Part shown: positions 55,573-64,000 of the stretch, piece after piece
Layout: each line of letters begins with the position of its first letter
Numbering within the stretch: position 1 is the stretch's first letter
Assembly: GCA_949292875.1 (NCBI GenBank)
Contig: CASFBJ010000020.1
Span: 81,044 to 145,043, forward strand
Direction of reading: 5' to 3'
Source of the DNA: an uncultured Christensenella sp.
Lineage (GTDB): Bacteria > Bacillota > Clostridia > Christensenellales > UBA1242
Length of the DNA stretch: 64,000 bases
Made by a program: the position numbers and the translations under genes
Notes under the pieces: generated by a model
What the model was told of the DNA's origin: nothing
Databases searched by the model: none
The model's input: the letters and a program-made list of their open reading frames with translations, nothing else

Positions 55573-57540
55573 ATGTTTGAAACTAAAGAAAAAGCGCATA
55601 TACTTGCGTTTAGGCCATTGTTTTTTATATTTTTAAGCATTTTAACATTGCTTTTAGCCACATATTTTCTTTTGTATGGAAATTATGTAGGTTGTTTTTT
55701 CATGCTTACATGTTATGCGTGCTGTGTGGTTTATTCACTTACTAGGAAAAGGTTTATAATTTGTTTTATAGCACTTTTTGTAAGTGTATTTTGCAGTATA
55801 TATTTTTTTATTTGTTATCAAGAATTTGAAAATAGCAAAATAGATGAAACTATAGAGTATACTATAGAGGGTAGAGCAAATGAATGTAATACAGAGAATT
55901 CTTATGGATTTAAAAGAGTTTTGGAAAATTGTACTATAAGCATAGATGATAAAGTAATTTTTGCAGGTAAGCAAATATTTATATTTATAACTACATCAAA
56001 TGTTGATTGTGGAGATATAATAAGATTTAAAACAAATCTTGAAAATGTTGAATTTTTAACAAGTACAGGAATGTCTTATGAGGCTTACGATGGAATAAAT
56101 TATACTGCGAGTATAGATTATAGTGATATTGAAAGTATAGTTAAATCTAATTTAAGTTTAAAAGAAAGTATAAAACTTAGAATATATGAAATTTTAAATG
56201 GTAACATGTCGCAAGAAGGTAGTGCGCTTGCATATGCTGTACTAATTGGCGATACGTCTTACCTTAATTATGATGTAAGAGGTTCTTTTACAGAATCTGG
56301 TTTAGCGCATATTTTAGCTGTTAGTGGTTTGAATACGACTATCATTTTTGCGTTAATAATTTTACTGCTTAAAAGAGTAGGGATAAGATATGAATACAAA
56401 CTTTTGATTATGGCGTTGTGTATATTCTTCTTTGCTTATTTGTGTGATTTTGCTCCAAGCATTGTAAGGGCGGGGATTATGGGAATGGTAATGGCGCTCA
56501 CAATTCTTAAAGTTAAAAGTTATGATTCTTTAAATGTTTTAAGTTTAGCAGGAATACTTATTTTAATTTTAAACCCTATACAACTTTTTAATGTGGGCTT
56601 TGTACTTAGTTTTAGTTGTATTTTTGCTATAGCATTGTTTTATTCGCCTTTGTATAACAAAATTACATTTATTCCTAATTATACTATAAAAGGATTACTT
56701 TGTATGTCTATAGTTACGACTATAGGAACATTGCCTTGTATGGCATTGTATTTTGGTAAGTTTTCTATATTAAGCATTCTAACAAATGTAATTTTATTGC
56801 CTTTGTCCACTTTTGCATATGTTGTACTTTTTGTAGTTACAATTTTATGTTTAATCATTCCTATACATTTCATATTACAAGGTTTAGATTATTGCTTTTT
56901 AGCTATAATTCAAACAACAAAAATTTTTACTAATGTTAATTATGATTATATAAATATTTTAAAATTAAGTATACAAGGTCTAATACTTTCTTATATACTG
57001 CTTTACTGTTTTAGTAAGAAAGTGAATATTGGTTATTATATAAAATATCCTTTGTGCATATTTTTAGTCCTTTGTATAGGTGTGTCTGCTTTTATAACAT
57101 CATCACCAAAGATAGAAAAGAATGTTATGGTAAATATTGAAGGAACAAATTCTCATCTTGTTTCAATAAATGAAAACTTGCTATCCTTTAATGTTTTAGG
57201 CTCAAAACAATACACAAATAGTAAAGAATACTTGGTGCAAAATAACCTTTATGATATAGATTATTTATTTGTGCTAAATGATTATTTTATCTCAGATTTG
57301 GAGTTTAAAAATTTTCAAAAAGAGTTTGATGTAAAAAACATATATATATTTGATTACATAGATAATGAAACATTGTCTATGTATTATAAATATTTTCAAA
57401 CTGACAATGTGTATATCTTAGAAGATGAAAGAAATTATGATATGCAAGATTTTTCATTTACTTATGTAAGAGAATCAAAAGATAGTTGCTATATTGATTT
57501 GTATTTTAATAATAATCATTTTGCCATACACTCAAGTTAA
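55573..57540 (+). CDS. comEC: ComEC/Rec2 family DNA uptake channel protein; C-terminal metallo-beta-lactamase region appears degenerate
   Basis: Competence domain motifs ESGLAHILAVSGLN and APSIVRAGIMG, with many TM helices. The C-terminal 150 aa lack an HxHxDH motif. Confidence 0.85.
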   Translation: MFETKEKAHILAFRPLFFIFLSILTLLLATYFLLYGNYVGCFFMLTCYACCVVYSLTRKRFIICFIALFVSVFCSIYFFICYQEFENSKIDETIEYTIEGRANECNTENSYGFKRVLENCTISIDDKVIFAGKQIFIFITTSNVDCGDIIRFKTNLENVEFLTSTGMSYEAYDGINYTASIDYSDIESIVKSNLSLKESIKLRIYEILNGNMSQEGSALAYAVLIGDTSYLNYDVRGSFTESGLAHILAVSGLNTTIIFALIILLLKRVGIRYEYKLLIMALCIFFFAYLCDFAPSIVRAGIMGMVMALTILKVKSYDSLNVLSLAGILILILNPIQLFNVGFVLSFSCIFAIALFYSPLYNKITFIPNYTIKGLLCMSIVTTIGTLPCMALYFGKFSILSILTNVILLPLSTFAYVVLFVVTILCLIIPIHFILQGLDYCFLAIIQTTKIFTNVNYDYINILKLSIQGLILSYILLYCFSKKVNIGYYIKYPLCIFLVLCIGVSAFITSSPKIEKNVMVNIEGTNSHLVSINENLLSFNVLGSKQYTNSKEYLVQNNLYDIDYLFVLNDYFISDLEFKNFQKEFDVKNIYIFDYIDNETLSMYYKYFQTDNVYILEDERNYDMQDFSFTYVRESKDSCYIDLYFNNNHFAIHSS

Positions 57541-57572
57541 AAATTAAGTTTAAAAATATTTGTCCAAAAGTA

Positions 57573-57601
57573 TTGATTTTTTTGTTTGGATTTGCTATTA
57601 T
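57573..57601 (+). promoter_or_regulatory. promoter of rpsF-ssb-rpsR (TTGATT-17-TATTAT)
   Basis: TTGATT at 57573-57578 and TATTAT at 57596-57601. Confidence 0.5.
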
Positions 57602-57676
57602 ATCTTTGTATATTTTAGAGTATTCTAAATATATCCTTGCACATTTGTGCCAAAAGTCCAAAAGGAGGTTGAAGTT

Positions 57677-57961
57677 ATGAAAAAATATGAATGCATGTAT
57701 ATCATTGCTCCAGATGTTGCAGAAGAAAATAGAGAAGCATTGATTGCTAAGTTTAGTGAATATGTAACTAAAAATGGCGGAACTGTTGAAGGCATTGAAA
57801 AGATGGGTATAAAAAAATTGGCTTATCCTATCAAATTCAAAAAAGAAGGCTTCTATGTTTTAATGAACTATACTGCAGAAGGCAATGTTCCTAAAGATAT
57901 GGAAAAATTGATGAACATAACAACAGGTATACTTAGAAGTATGTCTATAGCAAAAAATTAA
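57677..57961 (+). CDS. rpsF: 30S ribosomal protein S6
   Basis: MKKYECMYIIAPDV.... AAAGGAGG lies 8 nt upstream. The track start 57647 is an extension. Confidence 0.95.
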   Translation: MKKYECMYIIAPDVAEENREALIAKFSEYVTKNGGTVEGIEKMGIKKLAYPIKFKKEGFYVLMNYTAEGNVPKDMEKLMNITTGILRSMSIAKN

Positions 57962-57991
57962 TCTAATTTAAAAGTAAAGAAGGATGAAAAT

Positions 57992-58387
57992 ATGAATAAA
58001 GTTTTTTTAATAGGTAATCTTACTCGTGAACCAGAATCAAACACAACAGCAAGCGGTATACAAATGTGTCGCTTTTCAATAGCTGTAGGAAGAAGATTTA
58101 AGAATGCAGAGGGAGAAAATGAAACAGATTTCTTCAATATTATTGCATGGAGAGGACTTGCAGATACTTGTGGAAAGTATTTACACAAAGGTTCTAAGGT
58201 AGCTATAGTAGGTTCATTACAAACTCGTAGTTATGATGCTGAAGATGGAACTAAAAAATATGTTACAGAAGTTGTAGCAGAAGAAGTAGAATTTTTGACT
58301 CCTAAGGGAACATCTGATGCACAATTAAACGGAAGTGCGGATATTTCAGATTTGAAACCTGTTGAAGATGACGGATTACCATTTTAA
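57992..58387 (+). CDS. ssb: single-stranded DNA-binding protein
   Basis: MNKVFLIGNLTREPE..., with the acidic tail DDGLPF. Confidence 0.96.
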   Translation: MNKVFLIGNLTREPESNTTASGIQMCRFSIAVGRRFKNAEGENETDFFNIIAWRGLADTCGKYLHKGSKVAIVGSLQTRSYDAEDGTKKYVTEVVAEEVEFLTPKGTSDAQLNGSADISDLKPVEDDGLPF

Positions 58388-58425
58388 ATTAGTTAATGTC
58401 AAAAATATATAAAGGAGTAAATGGT

Positions 58426-58740
58426 ATGGAAGAAAAAGATCAAGTAGTAGATGCTCAAATCACTATGGAAAGTGTTGTAGAAGAAAGCAATGCTAAAGCA
58501 GAAAAAGAAATAAAGAAATTTGTTAAGAAACCTGCTAAAAGAAAAGTATGTTTATACTGCGCTGATAATAGTAAAGTTGTAGATTATAAAGATGTAAATA
58601 CTCTTCGTAAGTTTATAACTGAAAAAGGTAAAATTTTACCAGCTCGTCAAACTAATCTTTGTGCAAAACATCAAAGAGAAGTTGCTACAGCAATTAAGAG
58701 AGCAAGATATATGGCATTATTACCATATAAAGCAGATTAA
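58426..58740 (+). CDS. rpsR: 30S ribosomal protein S18 (with an acidic N-terminal extension of about 25 aa)
   Basis: [65 protein letters not shown] at 58426 follows AAAGGAG. Confidence 0.93.
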   Translation: MEEKDQVVDAQITMESVVEESNAKAEKEIKKFVKKPAKRKVCLYCADNSKVVDYKDVNTLRKFITEKGKILPARQTNLCAKHQREVATAIKRARYMALLPYKAD

Positions 58741-58741
58741 T

Positions 58742-58770
58742 AAAAAAAACACCTTATGGTGTTTTTTTTA
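58742..58770. terminator. bidirectional terminator between rpsR and the Smr-like gene
   Basis: A8-ACACC-TTAT-GGTGT-T8. Confidence 0.75.
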
Positions 58771-59121
58771 ATCTTCACTTCTAAGTATGAGTATGGTAAC
58801 TCCTTTGTTTATGGAATTAAAATACTGATCTTGCATTAATATTTCTTTTAGTTTTTTTGAATATCTTCTATTAGATATTGTGATTTGTGTAAAATTTTCG
58901 CCTTTGATGTAGTCATATATATATTTAGTTTTTTTCCATAAAGGTAAAAGAGTAGATAATTTTATTTTAATATGCCCGCCAACTCCACTACTACCATATC
59001 CATGAATTATTTTAATAACTTGTTCTCCAAAAAGTTTATTAGCTTCTATTTCTTGCTCTATTCTTGCTATTGCAAGGTCAACCGTAGGCAAATCTTCTTT
59101 TATATTAATTTCTTTAATCAT
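58768..59121 (-). CDS. stand-alone Smr-domain-like protein
   Basis: INIKEDLPTVDLAIARIEQEIE....VIKIIHGYGSSGVGG resembles the Smr LDLHG...IIHGKG layout. Confidence 0.55.
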   Translation of the reverse strand: MIKEINIKEDLPTVDLAIARIEQEIEANKLFGEQVIKIIHGYGSSGVGGHIKIKLSTLLPLWKKTKYIYDYIKGENFTQITISNRRYSKKLKEILMQDQYFNSINKGVTILILRSED

Positions 59122-59191
59122 ATATACAAAATAGCAAAAATATGATAGATAATCAATCTTTTAGCATAAATCTTTTTTTATTAGATAAAAT

Positions 59192-59722
59192 ATGTATATG
59201 AAATTAAATTTTTTTGCGCTTTTATTGACAATAAGTTTTGCTATTTGTTTTTTGTTTTTTGTAAATAGTGTTTCAAATTATTTATATCCTATAAAATATT
59301 ACGATTTAATAAAAGAAGCGTGCAACGACTTTGATGTTGAAGAAGCTTTAGTACTTGCAACAATAAAATCTGAAAGCGATTTTGACCCAACGGCATATTC
59401 TTCTGTAGGAGCAATTGGGCTTATGCAAATCTTACCAAGTACTGCTGATTATATAGCTTCTAAAATTGGATATGAGAAAATTATAGATTTAGAAAATGTA
59501 GAATGTAATATCTACTTAGGAACTGCGTATATATCTTATCTTTTAGATAGGTTTAAAAATATTGATTATGTTATATGTGCGTATAATGCAGGTGAGGGAA
59601 TAGTTGAAGATTGGATAAAAGAATCTAATGGTGAAAAAATAGATATTGAGTATTATGAAACAAAAATATATCTGGATAAAGTTAAATATGCTCTAAATGT
59701 TTATCAAAAAAAGTTAGCTTAA
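59192..59722 (+). CDS. lytic transglycosylase (SLT domain) with N-terminal anchor
   Basis: ATIKSESDFDPTAYSSVGAIGLMQILPSTA...AYNAGEG. Confidence 0.88.
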   Translation: MYMKLNFFALLLTISFAICFLFFVNSVSNYLYPIKYYDLIKEACNDFDVEEALVLATIKSESDFDPTAYSSVGAIGLMQILPSTADYIASKIGYEKIIDLENVECNIYLGTAYISYLLDRFKNIDYVICAYNAGEGIVEDWIKESNGEKIDIEYYETKIYLDKVKYALNVYQKKLA

Positions 59723-59776
59723 AGCATTGAAAAAATTTAAGTTTTTTGTTATAATATGTGCGAAGGAGAAAGAAAA

Positions 59777-60616
59777 ATGAGTATATTACTTTTAGATTCA
59801 TATTGCAAAATGCCTTACTTGAAGGTTAAAGAAAAAGAAATAAGAGTGCTAAATGTTCCTTTTTATGTAAATGATGAAAAATTTGATTATGCCTTATATG
59901 GCACAAGTGATTATTTGAATGTAAACGATACTGAGTTTTATGTTGAAGAAGATGTGCTAGATTTAGGTACTATTTTGACATTTTTTGAAGATGAACTAAA
60001 AAAAGATAAAGATGTTTTATATATATGTACAATGGATAAAAAAACGCAAAGTTTTGAAAATTTACAACAAGCTATAGAGACATTGAAAAATAAATACATG
60101 AATAAGTTTATGGTTGTATATGTACCTACAAATAGTTTTGCTATAAAGTCTCTTATAGATGATGTAATAGAGAAGATTGAAAATAAAATACCTATAGATA
60201 TAATAAAGAAAGATATAGAAAAAAATCTTGCTTCTTATAAATCTTTAATACTACTTGAAGATAAAAAAATAATAACTAGATATTATCAAAGACCTACACA
60301 AAGTTTGTCTTTTGGGATTAAACCTATATTTGTCTCTGCATTAGGCGGAAGTATGGAACTACTTTCAAAGCAAGACGGAATGACTAACGGGATAAACGAA
60401 ATTTTAAATATTTTAGATTGTATAAAGACTGATAATAAAGTTTTAAAGATTAGTATACAATATGCAAAATCTAGAAAACACGCAGAACTTTTGGAATCCT
60501 TAATTATGAAAAAATATGGTGATGATATAAGGGTAGATAAGGTATTTATGGACCCCTATACAATAAAAGAGTTTGGAATAGGTGCAATTAGTGTAAGTTT
60601 TAAAGGCGAGATTTAA
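59777..60616 (+). CDS. DegV-family-like protein (divergent, tentative)
   Basis: GAAGGAGAAAG RBS. N-terminus ILLLDSYCKMP and C-terminus ...FMDPYTIKEFGIGAISVSF loosely follow the DegV pattern. Confidence 0.4.
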   Translation: MSILLLDSYCKMPYLKVKEKEIRVLNVPFYVNDEKFDYALYGTSDYLNVNDTEFYVEEDVLDLGTILTFFEDELKKDKDVLYICTMDKKTQSFENLQQAIETLKNKYMNKFMVVYVPTNSFAIKSLIDDVIEKIENKIPIDIIKKDIEKNLASYKSLILLEDKKIITRYYQRPTQSLSFGIKPIFVSALGGSMELLSKQDGMTNGINEILNILDCIKTDNKVLKISIQYAKSRKHAELLESLIMKKYGDDIRVDKVFMDPYTIKEFGIGAISVSFKGEI

Positions 60617-60704
60617 TTTTAAAAATTATAAAAAAATTAAAATTAAAGTAAAATATAGCACATAAAACTTTAATTTTCAATATAATAAAAACATATTATA
60701 AAAA

Positions 60705-62308
<1,604 letters not shown>

Positions 62309-62599
62309 TTACTCCTTTTCTATTTTACATAATATATCTTCTTCTTTTATTACAACATATATTTCATCTTCAAATGTAAACTCTATAGCACTATAATTTG
62401 GATATAGTACTATATCTCCTTTTTTTAACCCTGAACTTACGCCATTTTCATCTTTTGTATTTGGATTTATTGCAATAATTTTTCCTTGGTTCGGCATTTC
62501 TTTTACACTATTTGGTAAAATTATGCCACTTTTAGTTTTTGTTTCTTTATTTTTAATTTCTTTTATTATTACTCTGTCAAATATAGGTTTGATTTTCAT
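62309..62599 (-). CDS. groES: co-chaperonin GroES
   Basis: MKIKPIFDRVIIK...GIILP...GDIVLY. Confidence 0.95.
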   Translation of the reverse strand: MKIKPIFDRVIIKEIKNKETKTKSGIILPNSVKEMPNQGKIIAINPNTKDENGVSSGLKKGDIVLYPNYSAIEFTFEDEIYVVIKEEDILCKIEKE

Positions 62600-62779
62600 A
62601 TATTACTCCTTTGTAATTTAATTTTAATCAAATTCTTCTTTTTTTTAAATAAAAAAAACAATACAAAACTACTAATAATGCCGAATAATGTACATAGCAG
62701 TCATGTAATGCTTTTTTTAATCATATATTTAAACATAAAGAATTTAATTATAATCATTATAGCACAAGGAAGTTGTATT

Positions 62780-63607
62780 ATGGACAATAAGTGGACACAA
62801 GAACAAATTTTTGAAGATGACAATATAAAAAAAGAATATGGAGTGGGGTATACTTTTAAAAAATCCAAAATAAAAATAACAGGTCGTAAATCAAGAAAAT
62901 TTGGTTTTGTCTTTTTCATATTTTTTGTTGCATTACTTGCGCTTATTGGAAATTTGGCTGGTAATATCGTTACTGCATCAAAAAATTCGTCAAATTCAAT
63001 AAAACTTGCAGAAAGAGATTATTATGCAATTAGTGTTGCTAACTACATTAGTGTAGAACTTGCTTCTCAACTTGCAAATGAAATAAGAACAATGGGAGGA
63101 GCAGGGTACATATATCCAAAGCAAAATGCTTATTATGTACTGACATCAATATATGATAAAAAAGATGATGCACTTGCTGTATCTGCAAAACTTAAAGATG
63201 CAGGATACAAACCTGAGGTGTTGGAGTTTAAAGCAAATGAAAAAAAATATAATTACAATCTAAATGATAATGATAAGCAAGTTTTAAATAATTTAATAAG
63301 TGTGTTTGATGAGTCTTATAAAACCTTATCAAACATTTCTTATTCTTTTGACAAAAAAGAATCTACTTTATCTGCTTGTAAGCAAAAGATTTTGGATTTA
63401 ATAGACAAGTATGATGATGTCTATGAAAATTATATATCCACATTCAATGAAACAGACTTAAATGATTTTGATAAATTAACAAAAAATTTGCATAATATAT
63501 TTGAATCGTTGGACAAGCTGACAGAGCCTGCAGTGACTGAAACGGAGTTTACATATTGTGTAAAGTATAGTTGTATATCAATTGCAATGGCTAGATTTTT
63601 GCTGTAA
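62780..63607 (+). CDS. membrane-anchored SPOR-domain-like protein (tentative)
   Basis: ATG at 62780 follows AAGGAAG. One TM helix (FGFVFFIFFVALLALIGNL). YYAISVANYISVELASQLANEIRTMGGAGYIY..NAYYVLTSIYDKKDDALAVSAKLKDAGY fits the SPOR pattern. Confidence 0.55.
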   Translation: MDNKWTQEQIFEDDNIKKEYGVGYTFKKSKIKITGRKSRKFGFVFFIFFVALLALIGNLAGNIVTASKNSSNSIKLAERDYYAISVANYISVELASQLANEIRTMGGAGYIYPKQNAYYVLTSIYDKKDDALAVSAKLKDAGYKPEVLEFKANEKKYNYNLNDNDKQVLNNLISVFDESYKTLSNISYSFDKKESTLSACKQKILDLIDKYDDVYENYISTFNETDLNDFDKLTKNLHNIFESLDKLTEPAVTETEFTYCVKYSCISIAMARFLL

Positions 63608-63713
63608 AATTGTTAAAAAATCTTTAGTTTTTAATTGAAAAATTTTTACTTTTTTGCTAGAATATCTTTAAGTATACAATCATACTTAAATTATATGTAT
63701 AGAGGATAATAAT

Positions 63714-64000
63714 ATGGATTTTGCACAAGTTTTAGCAACTGAGTTTAATATGAAATTAGAACATTCATCAAATATAATAAAATTTTTAGATGAAGGTTGT
63801 ACTGTTCCTTTTATTGCAAGGTATAGAAAAGAATGGACCGGAAGTTGTGATGACCAAAAAGTTAGAAATTTTGCAGATAGGTTGCAATATTTGCGAAATT
63901 TAGACAAAAGAAAACAAGAAGTTATAAATAGTATAACAGAACAAGGAAAAATGACAGATGAAATAATGAATGATATAGAAAATGCCTTAACACAAACTGA
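63714..64000 (+). CDS. tex: Tex-like (YhgF) transcription accessory protein, N-terminal fragment running off the window
   Basis: Manual translation gives MDFAQVLATEF...FLDEGCTVPFIARYRKEWTGS..., which carries the Tex PFIARYRKE signature. It is not in the ORF track because it is edge-truncated. Confidence 0.85.
   Translation, partial: MDFAQVLATEFNMKLEHSSNIIKFLDEGCTVPFIARYRKEWTGSCDDQKVRNFADRLQYLRNLDKRKQEVINSITEQGKMTDEIMNDIENALTQT

Overview
Visibly AT-rich, Firmicutes/Clostridia-like chromosomal segment read with the standard bacterial code: TGA acts as a stop in the ATGA gene overlaps at 19510 and 52193. No transposase, integrase, CRISPR array or rRNA was seen.

Core backbone:
- The complete S10-spc-alpha ribosomal superoperon, rpsJ to rplQ including secY-adk-map-infA-rpmJ, at 22.3-38.2 kb.
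- yabP-yabQ (sporulation), hflX, and an NfeD-FloA flotillin operon.
- rpsO, a class A PBP, and miaB-mutS-mutL-miaA-ynbB.
- A six-tRNA cluster (Pro, CAT, Asp, Phe, Thr, Tyr).
- An MGDG-synthase-like glycosyltransferase, comEC, rpsF-ssb-rpsR, and groES-groEL.
- A 5' fragment of tex.

Accessory or poorly understood content:
- A giant (>2,300 codon) secreted protein gene on the minus strand fills 1-6937. The ORF track omits it because it runs off the window edge.
- A SLOG/DUF1273-HtrA pair sits just upstream of the giant gene.
- An XRE-membrane regulator is followed by an orphan HicB-like protein and an unknown 190-aa protein.
- A 982-aa GLUG-like beta-helix surface protein has an odd 5' UTR.
- A cytoplasmic BspA-type LRR protein with a large unknown C-terminal region lies directly after rplQ.
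- A DinB polymerase has a small, tightly linked partner.

I could not recognise a clear-cut novel multi-gene system such as a defence island. The most promising leads are the giant protein locus, the HicB-like/unknown pair, the LRR-plus-unknown-domain protein, the DinB partner, the long structured S10 leader, and a zinc-ribbon, lysine-tailed L24. All functional calls come from motif recognition by eye; no database search was possible.
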